Assembly: GCF_029255545.1 (NCBI RefSeq)
Contig: NZ_JANLJJ010000017.1
Span: 8,488-72,487, forward strand
Length of the DNA stretch: 64,000 bases
Origin: Ferrovibrio sp.
GTDB lineage: Bacteria > Pseudomonadota > Alphaproteobacteria > Ferrovibrionales > Ferrovibrionaceae
Direction of reading: 5' to 3'
The notes beneath the pieces were generated by a model that saw nothing but the letters and a program-made list of their open reading frames with translations, had not been told where the DNA came from and did no database searches. Of the stretch, positions 29,222 through 37,636 are shown piece by piece; the stretch's first letter is position 1; the number at the start of each line of letters is the position of its first letter. The translations under genes were made by a program, and so were the position numbers.

Positions 29222-30103
29222 ATGACCCATCTGACATCGGAACCGCCCGCCCCCGTCCGGTCGCTCGACGAGCTTCTGGCGATTGCTTATGCGCTGGAGC
29301 ATGAGGCCGCCGAGCACTACACCGCTTTTGCCACGCAGGCGCGGCGGGAAAACCTGCCGGATCTTGCCGATCTGTTCGAGAAGCTGGCTGCGGAAGAACG
29401 ACATCACGAGCATTATGTGCAGGCATGGGCGCAGCAGCATTCGGGCAAGGCACCAGATATCGCCGCGATCCGCTGGGACTTGCCAGAAACCTTCGATCTG
29501 GCCGGCGGCACCGAGCTGGCGTCGTCGCGGCTGGCCACCGCCTATCGCATCCTCGCGGTCGCGGTGCAGAACGAGGATCGGGCTTTTGCGCTGTGGAGTT
29601 ATATCGCGGCTCATGCGGATGCCGGCGCCATCCGCGAGGCGGCGGAAACGATGGCACGCCAGGAATTGCAGCATGCCTGGGACCTGCGCCGCGCCCGCCG
29701 CCAGGCCTATCATGCCGAGGGGCTGGACAAGACGCCGCGGGCCGGCGCCAAAACACTGGCTGGCCTCGGCCGGGTCGAGCTTCGGCTGGCGCGGCACCTT
29801 GAACAGGCGACGGCCGGAGCACAAGGTGGAACGGCGCAGGAGTTGCAGCGGCTGGCGCTGGAATCGCGCCAAATGGCAGCGCAGTCGGACGGCACTTATC
29901 TGGCCGAGGATGAGGCCAGCAGTGAGGAAGACATCCTGACCATGGCCGAGCGCCTGGCCGAGGATTATCTCGACATCGGCGATCATTCCGCCAATGAGGC
30001 CGAGATCGCGCAAGCGCAGGCTTTGGCCGCGCGCGCGGTGATGCGGCTGGCTCAGCTCCGCGCCTTGGGCAATGCGCTGCCAGGCGGCAGAAGCGCTGCC
30101 TGA
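29222..30103 (+). CDS. Rubrerythrin/ferritin-like di-iron protein
   Basis: ALEHEAAEHY, LAAEERHH, AVQNEDRAF..W and QELQHA (ExxH) ligand patterns; extra helical C-terminal region. Confidence 0.75.
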   Translation: MTHLTSEPPAPVRSLDELLAIAYALEHEAAEHYTAFATQARRENLPDLADLFEKLAAEERHHEHYVQAWAQQHSGKAPDIAAIRWDLPETFDLAGGTELASSRLATAYRILAVAVQNEDRAFALWSYIAAHADAGAIREAAETMARQELQHAWDLRRARRQAYHAEGLDKTPRAGAKTLAGLGRVELRLARHLEQATAGAQGGTAQELQRLALESRQMAAQSDGTYLAEDEASSEEDILTMAERLAEDYLDIGDHSANEAEIAQAQALAARAVMRLAQLRALGNALPGGRSAA

Positions 30104-31179
30104 CCACTCCTCCTGTGCCGGCGGGAGCGCCATGCCGCGCCAGCCATGGTCAACATGAAGGCCATAATCGCCAGCACCGTGAGAATGCCGCTGACCTGTC
30201 GCAGTTCGGGCCATTCCGCAAGGCCGCCCACTGCGCGCAGCAGCATCGACAGGTGCAGCAGGGTCAGGGGCATATAGAGCCATGGCATATAGGCAACGCG
30301 CCATTGCGTCACGGCCGGCAGGATGATCAACGCGTGGCCGAATACCATCGAGATCACGAAGCCGATCAGCACCGCATGCAAGGCGAGATCATAGCCGAAG
30401 GCCATGGCCGGAGGCGGCCACAGCAGCAACGCCGCGCCGGCTAGGCCCAGCCAGACATAGCCAAGCAGCATGCAGATGGCGAAGAACCTGGTCTGGCCTT
30501 TTTGCTGTACGGTACGGCGGGCAATGTCGTGGCGGAACAGCCATAGCGTCGCCGCCAGCAGGCCGAGACCGAACAGCACGGCTCCATTGTCATCCGTCGG
30601 GCCGTTGCGGGCACCAGCGGCCAGCAGGCCGATAATCATGACGAACAACGCTTCGCTACCGGCCTTGCGTGGCAGCAGGCGGCTCATCTCCAGCCGTTCG
30701 CCTGCGATGGTGAGAATGAGGAAAGCCAGCCACCAGCCCACCAGATCGGGCATCGCGCCTCCCAGCAGCCAGAGCATATTGCCGGTCAGCCAGGCCAGGG
30801 CGCCGAACAGCATCGCGGCAGTGAACAGGGCGGGCTGCTGACGCAGGATCAGCAGGGATGCGAGTGCCAGCGCGCCGCTGGCCAGCAGATAGGCCGACGC
30901 ACCGAAAATCGACGGCAGGCCGGCAACCAGCATCAGGCTGCCCAGTCCTGCCGATATCGGGCCGAGATAAGCCCAGGGCCGGCCCAAGGCGACGGCGCGT
31001 TCCATGCTGATTAACGTGCCAAACAGGCCCGAGATCATCAGCGGGCCGTGCAACTGGGCGAAGGAGGCCCCATGGGGCAGTATCCAGCCCAGCCGCCACA
31101 GGCCGCCGCATAGCCCGATGAACAGGCTCATGCCGCCAAGCAACAGCAGAAGGATGCGGAACCACTGCGGGTTCCGCAT
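30052..31179 (-). CDS. NnrS-like polytopic membrane protein
   Basis: About 11-12 TM; HGPLM..G..GTLIS.ERA and LALHA...GF...M.FGHA; context with DUF2249 and DUF59. Confidence 0.6.
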   Translation of the reverse strand: MRNPQWFRILLLLLGGMSLFIGLCGGLWRLGWILPHGASFAQLHGPLMISGLFGTLISMERAVALGRPWAYLGPISAGLGSLMLVAGLPSIFGASAYLLASGALALASLLILRQQPALFTAAMLFGALAWLTGNMLWLLGGAMPDLVGWWLAFLILTIAGERLEMSRLLPRKAGSEALFVMIIGLLAAGARNGPTDDNGAVLFGLGLLAATLWLFRHDIARRTVQQKGQTRFFAICMLLGYVWLGLAGAALLLWPPPAMAFGYDLALHAVLIGFVISMVFGHALIILPAVTQWRVAYMPWLYMPLTLLHLSMLLRAVGGLAEWPELRQVSGILTVLAIMAFMLTMAGAAWRSRRHRRSGQAALLPPGSALPKARS

Positions 31180-31198
31180 CCCTGCCGACAGATGTCGC

Positions 31199-31444
31199 TC
31201 AAGCCGCGGCACGGCCGATCCGCACCTGCCAGACATCGGGGCCCTGCTCCTGGTAGGCCCAGTCGAACAGGCCGGGGAATTCGGCGTTGAACTGGTAGTA
31301 AAGCGGCTTGGGGTCGTGATCATTGACCAGCAGGAAAGCCTGCCCCGGAGTGAGATCGAGGAAAGTCTGGAGAATCAGCGGATGGCGCATGCGTGGCGCA
31401 ATCTCGCGGACATCGATGGTGGTGGTGACGGTATCAGCGCTCAT
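31199..31444 (-). CDS. DUF2249 protein
   Basis: IDVREI.P..RH..I...F..L..G....LVNDHDPKPLYYQF...F.W.Y...GP..W.V.I. Confidence 0.88.
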   Translation of the reverse strand: MSADTVTTTIDVREIAPRMRHPLILQTFLDLTPGQAFLLVNDHDPKPLYYQFNAEFPGLFDWAYQEQGPDVWQVRIGRAAA

Positions 31445-31454
31445 CGCGGGCTCC

Positions 31455-31778
31455 TCAATGGCGGCCGAGCAGCGCCCGGCCCTGTTTGGTGATGCGGTCC
31501 GGCCTCCATGGCGGCTCCCAGACCAGTTTTACGCCCACCATGCCGGCATCGGGAAACCGCTGCCGCAACCGGTCTTCCGCCTCGCGTACGATCATGGCGC
31601 CCAGCGGGCAGGCCCGCGTGGTGAGCGTGATCGCGACGTCGATGGCATCCGCCGTCCGCATCGCATGATAGACCAGCCCGAGGTCGACGATGCTCAGCCC
31701 CACCTCCGGATCGATCACGGCCTGGAGCGTATCGAGGACATCGGTATCGAGTGCGGCTGGAATAGCAGGGGGTGTCAT
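31455..31778 (-). CDS. Metal-sulfur cluster assembly factor (DUF59/SufT/PaaD-like)
   Basis: L..VIDPEVGLSIVDLGLVY, TLTTRACP, VWEPPW. Confidence 0.88.
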   Translation of the reverse strand: MTPPAIPAALDTDVLDTLQAVIDPEVGLSIVDLGLVYHAMRTADAIDVAITLTTRACPLGAMIVREAEDRLRQRFPDAGMVGVKLVWEPPWRPDRITKQGRALLGRH

Positions 31779-31830
31779 GGGCAACCTCGTATGGACAGGG
31801 CCTATATGCGCCGCAGGGCGAGGTTCTTCT

Positions 31831-31844
31831 TTGTGCTGCCGCAA
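31831..31844. promoter_or_regulatory. NnrR-type box
   Basis: TTGTGCTGCCGCAA = TTGCG-N4-CACAA on the minus strand. Confidence 0.7.
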
Positions 31845-31877
31845 ATTCCGGTACCGCAGTTCCACCAGGCGGCCAAC

Positions 31878-31891
31878 TTGCGCTGCGACAA
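31878..31891. promoter_or_regulatory. Second NnrR/FNR-type box in the same divergent spacer
   Basis: TTGCGCTGCGACAA, TTG-N8-CAA. Confidence 0.55.
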
Positions 31892-31924
31892 AGACGCGCA
31901 GCTGATTTTTCTTACCATGGCGGC

Positions 31925-32134
31925 ATGGCAATTGAACTTGATGATATCGTGGACGATGTCCTGCACCGCAGGCCTGCGATCATCCGCGTCTTTCTCGATC
32001 ACAGGATGCGCTGCGTCGGTTGTCCGATCGCCTGCTTCCACAGCATCGACGAGGCCTGCCGGGCCCACAGCATCGCGCCTGAAACTTTTCTGTCCGCCCT
32101 GCGGCTGGCTGCGGGCGGTCAGGATTCGGACTGA
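31925..32134 (+). CDS. DUF1858 small Cys-rich protein
   Basis: VDDVL...P....VFL...M.CVGCPIA.F.SI.EAC..H. Confidence 0.8.
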   Translation: MAIELDDIVDDVLHRRPAIIRVFLDHRMRCVGCPIACFHSIDEACRAHSIAPETFLSALRLAAGGQDSD

Positions 32135-32820
32135 CCCTCCGCCAGCAGGAACAGCCGGTGCGCATCTGTCAGGATGATCTGCTGCCGCCCGCCCTGCACC
32201 AGGCCGCGATTTTCCCAGGCGCTGAGGATGCGGCTGACGGTGTGCAGGGTGGTGCCGGTCATCTCTGCCACATCCTGGCGGGAGATCGGAAAGTCGATCT
32301 CGATACCCCGTTCGGTCTTGCGGCCGGACTGGCGGGCCAGACGCAGCAGGGCATGGGCAACGCGGCGCTCGACCTCCTCGGTCGACATTTCCACGACCCG
32401 GGCCTGCACATCCTGCAGTCTATTGCCTAGCGCCTGCATCGTGCCGGCGGCAAGAGCCGGGTATTTCGCCACCAGCGGCGGCCAGGCTAAGGATGGCCAG
32501 GCCAGCGCCAGACTCTCGACGATGGCCGTGGCCGTGGCCGGATAGGTGTCGCGCCCGATCGCCATCGCAATGCCGAAGATATCGCCGGTAACGATATAGC
32601 GGACCACCACCTGCTGTCCGTCCGGGGTCAGCCGCCCGACACGGAGATGGCCGTTCAGCAGCAGGAAGAAATACTCCGCCTTGCCATCCTGCTCGAAGAC
32701 ATTGCTGCCCTTCGGATAGCGGCGCGACACGGCGCCATCCAGGATATCCCTGATCTGATCGCGCGACAGATCGCGGAACAGGGGCAGTTCGGCAACAATC
32801 GATGGATCAATGGCGGTCAT
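32119..32820 (-). CDS. nnrR: NO-responsive Crp/Fnr regulator NnrR
   Basis: VRYIVTGDIFGIAMAIGR..YPATA, TEEVERRVAHALLRL, FPISRQDVAEMTGTTLHTVSRILSAWE. Confidence 0.88.
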   Translation of the reverse strand: MTAIDPSIVAELPLFRDLSRDQIRDILDGAVSRRYPKGSNVFEQDGKAEYFFLLLNGHLRVGRLTPDGQQVVVRYIVTGDIFGIAMAIGRDTYPATATAIVESLALAWPSLAWPPLVAKYPALAAGTMQALGNRLQDVQARVVEMSTEEVERRVAHALLRLARQSGRKTERGIEIDFPISRQDVAEMTGTTLHTVSRILSAWENRGLVQGGRQQIILTDAHRLFLLAEGQSES

Positions 32821-32914
32821 TCGGCCGGCCCTTCCGAAGAACGGATTAGAGCAGGATACCAAGTGAGCGGCCGGCTTTCCAGTCAGGCCACAACCGCTGG
32901 ATTCTCGTTTCTGT

Positions 32915-32928
32915 TTGCGGCGGCACAA
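32915..32928. promoter_or_regulatory. NnrR-type box between nnrR and pseudoazurin
   Basis: (T)TTGCG-GCGG-CACAA(A). Confidence 0.75.
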
Positions 32929-33002
32929 ATAATCCGGATACGCCCGGCGCTATCTACCTGCGCGAAAGGCGGTGCCATATCCGGCGTCGCCATACATGGA
33001 GA

Positions 33003-33455
33003 ATGGTAATGCGCGCATCTTTGTTTTTCAGCGCCGCCCTGGCGGCTTATGCGGTTTCCGGTGCGGTCATGGCCGCAGAGGTTGAAGTGAAAATGCTCGA
33101 CAAGGGTGCCGCAGGCGTCATGGTCTTTGAGCCGGCCCTGGTCAAGGTCGCGCCAGGCGATACGGTGAAATTTGTGCCGGTCAGCAAGGGCCACAATGTC
33201 GAGGCCATTGCCGGAATGCTGCCTGAGGGCGTGACGCCGTTCACCGGCAAGGTCAATGAGGCCATCACGGTGAAATTCGACAAGCCTGGCATCTATGGCT
33301 TTAAATGCAAACCGCATTACAGCATGGGCATGGTCGGCATGGTGGCGGTCGGCGTGCCGGTCAACCAAGATCAGGCCAAGGCCATGAAACATCCCGGCAA
33401 GGCTGGTCAGGTGTTTGCCACGCTGTTCGCCAACCCCATGCTTGCCAGCAAGTGA
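33003..33455 (+). CDS. paz: Pseudoazurin
   Basis: Signal peptide; MVFEP, GHNVE, FKCKPHYSMGMVG type-1 Cu ligands. Confidence 0.95.
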   Translation: MVMRASLFFSAALAAYAVSGAVMAAEVEVKMLDKGAAGVMVFEPALVKVAPGDTVKFVPVSKGHNVEAIAGMLPEGVTPFTGKVNEAITVKFDKPGIYGFKCKPHYSMGMVGMVAVGVPVNQDQAKAMKHPGKAGQVFATLFANPMLASK

Positions 33456-33463
33456 TTGCCAGG

Positions 33464-33491
33464 TGGGCTGGCCGGCGTTCCGGCCAGCCCA
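33464..33491 (+). terminator. Hairpin after pseudoazurin
   Basis: Perfect 12-bp stem TGGGCTGGCCGG/CCGGCCAGCCCA, 4-nt loop; no U-tract. Confidence 0.55.
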
Positions 33492-33694
33492 TGCGGCCCA
33501 GCGGCATTTGCCGCCCTGTTCCGTCGCCGCTGCGGCCCCATTTCCACCGCGATTGAATGCCGAGAGGAACGCCAGTATTTCGTGCGCCACAGCAGAAATG
33601 CGGTAACTCGGATCACGACTGCCGAGGTGTAGGGCTGGCCGTGACATCAATGAGGCTCCGCGCCCATTCACGTCCCTCGTATGCAACGATCTGC

Positions 33695-34558
33695 CTAGCA
33701 CAGAGGCCGTCGTGACCAGATGATCTCGCCCCGGAAATCGGCAAGCGTCGGCAATGTAAAGGCCTGACCTGCCTGCCAGCCGATTACATGAGGTTGCAAG
33801 CCCCAGCCCTCAAGCAGGCGCTGCACCATCGCGGTGTCGCCATAGCGACGCATGTGCTGCGGTTCGTATTCAGTCTGGATCAGGATATTCGGACTTGCCG
33901 CAATGATGTCGGCTGCGCCGCGCAGGACATTGGCTTCATATCCCTCAACATCGATCTTCATGTAATCAATCCGCGGAATGCCGTGCTGCCGACAGTAATC
34001 GTCCAGTGTCACCATGGGAACCAAAATGCCATGCTCCTCGCCTGTTGCTATATGCGTCTCGCCTGGATTTGCGGCATTGAAGGCAATCCGTGCCTTACCG
34101 GACTCCGCGCCAACTGCCAGGTTTTCGATGACGATGCGCGGATCGGACAGGTAGGTCGCATTGTGCTGAAGGTAGCGAAACGTCGCCGGATGTGCCTCGA
34201 AGCCGATGACGCGTCCTGCATGGCTGGCGTGTCGGACGGCAGATAACGTATAGAGGCCGATATTGGCTCCGATGTCGAAAATGACAGGTTCGGGTGGCAG
34301 CGCATGTTTCCAGAAACGGGTGATATTCAAGTCGCGCTCGCCGAATGTGGCGGCGATGAACGATGAAATATTGTTGGGCGGCGAGAGGAAGCGCTGACCG
34401 TTACAGGCGGTGAACGTCACGTCGCCCGCTGCACTGGCCTGCTCGCGCCAGGTAAAGGTCATGGCCCGGGCGGCGAAGCGCAGCGGCGCTTCGCGATAGG
34501 CCGGATAACTGCGAATCCACAGCAGGCGGTCGACGAAGGTGCGGGGATTCCAGCGCAT
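33695..34558 (-). CDS. FkbM family methyltransferase
   Basis: FDIGANIGLY, GFEAHP, IDYMKIDVEGYE..VLRGA. Confidence 0.9.
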   Translation of the reverse strand: MRWNPRTFVDRLLWIRSYPAYREAPLRFAARAMTFTWREQASAAGDVTFTACNGQRFLSPPNNISSFIAATFGERDLNITRFWKHALPPEPVIFDIGANIGLYTLSAVRHASHAGRVIGFEAHPATFRYLQHNATYLSDPRIVIENLAVGAESGKARIAFNAANPGETHIATGEEHGILVPMVTLDDYCRQHGIPRIDYMKIDVEGYEANVLRGAADIIAASPNILIQTEYEPQHMRRYGDTAMVQRLLEGWGLQPHVIGWQAGQAFTLPTLADFRGEIIWSRRPLC

Positions 34559-34766
34559 GGTCGCTTGTCTCCTGTTCTGGCGGCAGCCCCCTAAACCTCT
34601 CTAGGGCCGCGGCAGATTTCAACCCGACGGCGGCTGATGGCCTGTGATCAAGCTGGGGCGCAATGTTGCCGGGGCGGGACCACCGGTTGGTCACTGGCCT
34701 CGCCAGCCTGCAGTCTGCTGTAATGCGTTTTCCGGCCGCCATGGGCGGCGTGTTTGCAGGCCAGGC

Positions 34767-36050
34767 ATGCGTATCCTCCATCTCAGCACTTTTGACGCGG
34801 ATACTGGCGCGGCGCGAGGCTCGTTGTGGCTGCATCATGCGCTACGGCGGCGGGGTGTCGATTCGATCATGCTGGCTGGGCGCAAGAAGCGTACCGATAA
34901 TGCGGTGCGGCTTTTGCCAGGCATGATTGCTCAGCTTGCGGCCAGACTGCGCATGCGGTTTGACGGCCTGCCGCTACGACGCTACCACAAGACCGACGAC
35001 TCCTTCTGGACCATCGGCTGGCTGCCCAGCCGGCTGGCGCAGATGGCCGCCGATTTCGCCCCCGACATCGTGCATCTGCATTGGGTCGGCGCTGGTTTCC
35101 TGCCGATACAGGCGCTGGCGCAGTTTGCCTTTCCCGTGGTCTGGACGCTGCGTGACATGTGGCCGATGACCGGCGGCTGCCATTATACCGCAGGCTGCGA
35201 GAAGTATCGCGATGTCTGTGGTGCCTGCCCGCAGCTGCGATCCGCCGATGACAACGACCTCAGCCGCGCGATCTGGCACAGCAAGCAACGGCACTGGCGC
35301 AATCTTGATCTTCATCTGGTGCCGATCAGCCGCTGGCTGGGCGATTGCGTGCGCGCCAGTCCACTGACGCGCCAGTATCCGTTGGAGGTGATCCCGAACG
35401 GCCTTGATACCGGCCTGTTCACGCCAGTCGGCAAGGCGGCCGGCCGTGCCGCGTGGCAGTTGCCGGTAGGCCGGCCGATCGCGGTGTATGGCGCCGTGAA
35501 CGCCACGACGGATATCCGCAAGGGCTTCGCCGAGTTGCGGGCGGCCCTGGAAATTCTGGGCCGCGATACGGCGGTTGAGCGCCCGATGCTGGTGGTCTTC
35601 GGCGACCTGCAGCCGGGTGACATCCCCGATTGCGGGGTCGAAATCCGTTACGTCGGCTATATTCGCGACAATATTCGGTTGTCGCAGCTTTATGCCGCGG
35701 CCGATGTGGCGGTGATGCCGTCGCTGCAGGAAGCCTTCGGCAAGACCCTGATCGAAGCGATGGCCTGCGGCACGCCGGTGGTGGCCTTCGGCGGCGGCGG
35801 ACCTGACGACATCATCGATCATCGCATCGATGGATATCTGGCGCGGCATGGCGATCCGACCGATCTGGCAAACGGCATCGCCTGGAGCCTGACGGCCGTG
35901 GCGGCCGGCACCGATCTGGGCCGCCTTGCCAGAGCGAAAGTGGAAGCTGCTTTCGACATCGATGTGGTGGCCGCGCGCTATCATGCGCTGTATGAGAGAA
36001 TCCTGCGGGAACGGCGGTCTGACGCCGACAGTCTTGTGGCGGCGCAGTAG
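34767..36050 (+). CDS. GT4 glycosyltransferase (WcaC-like)
   Basis: DIVHLHW, VWTLRDMW.MTGGCHY, KGF, EAFGKTLIEAMACGTP. Confidence 0.9.
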   Translation: MRILHLSTFDADTGAARGSLWLHHALRRRGVDSIMLAGRKKRTDNAVRLLPGMIAQLAARLRMRFDGLPLRRYHKTDDSFWTIGWLPSRLAQMAADFAPDIVHLHWVGAGFLPIQALAQFAFPVVWTLRDMWPMTGGCHYTAGCEKYRDVCGACPQLRSADDNDLSRAIWHSKQRHWRNLDLHLVPISRWLGDCVRASPLTRQYPLEVIPNGLDTGLFTPVGKAAGRAAWQLPVGRPIAVYGAVNATTDIRKGFAELRAALEILGRDTAVERPMLVVFGDLQPGDIPDCGVEIRYVGYIRDNIRLSQLYAAADVAVMPSLQEAFGKTLIEAMACGTPVVAFGGGGPDDIIDHRIDGYLARHGDPTDLANGIAWSLTAVAAGTDLGRLARAKVEAAFDIDVVAARYHALYERILRERRSDADSLVAAQ

Positions 36051-36097
36051 ACCTGTTGCACGCATTGGAACAGGCTGGGCGGGTCAGGCCAGGCGGA

Positions 36098-37627
36098 TCA
36101 AGCCGGGGCGCGGCGGCGGATCGCCAAGCCGGCCAGCGTGCGCATGTCACGCAGCGAATGCCGGCTCTGCGGCAACAGGACAAAGCAGGCAAGGCTGACG
36201 GTCGCCGCCGCCAGTGCCAAGAGGGCCAGTGCGGCAAGCGGTCGCTCATCCATCGGCGTCCAGAAGTTGCTGTGGCGCAGCCCCCAGATTGTGGCCGCCA
36301 CAGCCAGCGCCGCAAGCAACGATGGTAGCATGCTGACATAGAGATCGCGTGCGGTGACCGGGCCGCGGCGTCCAATTACCCAGAACTGGCAGGGCAGGCG
36401 GATGAACAGTCCGCTCAGCGCGAAGCCGGTGGCGACTCCGGCCGCGCCGAAAGGCAGGCCGCCAACCACGCCGACGGCGGTCATCGCCGAACAGATGGTC
36501 CCCCAGCGCAGCATTTCCGCCGTACGGTTCTGTGTCATCAACAGCCAGCCGAAGGTCTGCAGGATCGGCTGGTAGAGGGTGGCAAGGCCGAGCCAGGCCA
36601 TGATTGGCGCTGCCGCCGCCCATTGCGGTCCAAACAGCAAATGCACCACCAGGTCTGGCGCTGCGATTAGAACGGCCGCTGCCGGCATGGTCGCCATGTT
36701 GAGTTTCTCGACCACACGAAGATAGGCGCGACGATAGCGCTCCGGCTGATCGGCCAGGCGGCTCAGGGTCGGCATTGCCACCGAGAAGAGCGGAAAGTTG
36801 AGGCTGGTGACCGGCACCAGCAGCACCTTGTAGGCGCGGTCGTAATATCCAAGCTGCGTGGCGCCCCAGTACCAGCCGATCAGGATCTGGTCGAGGTTGC
36901 GGACCAGCAGATTGGCAAGATTGGACCCGGTGACATTGCTGCCGAAGCCGAGCAGATCGCGCACCTGCCGCAGCGGTGCTGGATGACCGGGACGCCAACC
37001 GCAGAACAGCCAGCTGCCGGCAGATAAACAGGCTGCCCAGACCAGCCGCTGGATCACCAGGGCCCAGTAGTCCGCACCCGCCAGGGCGGCGATCACGGCG
37101 GCGGCCATGGCAAGGATTTCGGCACCCATCTGGATGCCAGCCAGCAGGGAAAACCGCATCTGCCGCCGCAGCAGGGCCAGGTGCTGCGTGGAGAAACCGC
37201 TGACCAGAAAACCGATGCCAAAGGCAAGCGTGATATTCAGCAGGGCCGGCTCACCATAGAACCAGGCCAGTGCCGGCGCCAGCGGTATCATCAGCAGGGT
37301 TGTTATTGCACCCAGCGCCACATTGATCCAGAACAGCGCGCTGACTTCGGCATGGCTGATCAACGGGCGCTGCACAGTCGCTGCCGACAGGCCAAGATCC
37401 TTGAACATTTCCAGGAAAGTCAGCAGCACGGCCACCATGGCGACGAGGCCGAAGGCCTCGGGCAACAGCAGGCGGGCAAGAATGACCGTGGTCGCAAACT
37501 GGACGGCCATCTTTGCCAGCTGCGCAAGCATCGTCACCATGCCGCCTCGCACCGAACGGCCGGTCAGGTCGCGGGCAAGGTGCTCGGTGCGAAAATGTGA
37601 CTCTGGGTTCGACTTTGGCTTCGGCAT
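36098..37627 (-). CDS. wzx: Wzx flippase (WzxC-like)
   Basis: LARLL.PE.FGLVAM, DLGLSAATVQR, LIGWYWG...LGYYDRAY; 12-14 TM. Confidence 0.88.
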   Translation of the reverse strand: MPKPKSNPESHFRTEHLARDLTGRSVRGGMVTMLAQLAKMAVQFATTVILARLLLPEAFGLVAMVAVLLTFLEMFKDLGLSAATVQRPLISHAEVSALFWINVALGAITTLLMIPLAPALAWFYGEPALLNITLAFGIGFLVSGFSTQHLALLRRQMRFSLLAGIQMGAEILAMAAAVIAALAGADYWALVIQRLVWAACLSAGSWLFCGWRPGHPAPLRQVRDLLGFGSNVTGSNLANLLVRNLDQILIGWYWGATQLGYYDRAYKVLLVPVTSLNFPLFSVAMPTLSRLADQPERYRRAYLRVVEKLNMATMPAAAVLIAAPDLVVHLLFGPQWAAAAPIMAWLGLATLYQPILQTFGWLLMTQNRTAEMLRWGTICSAMTAVGVVGGLPFGAAGVATGFALSGLFIRLPCQFWVIGRRGPVTARDLYVSMLPSLLAALAVAATIWGLRHSNFWTPMDERPLAALALLALAAATVSLACFVLLPQSRHSLRDMRTLAGLAIRRRAPA

Positions 37628-37636
37628 GCGTCGCGG

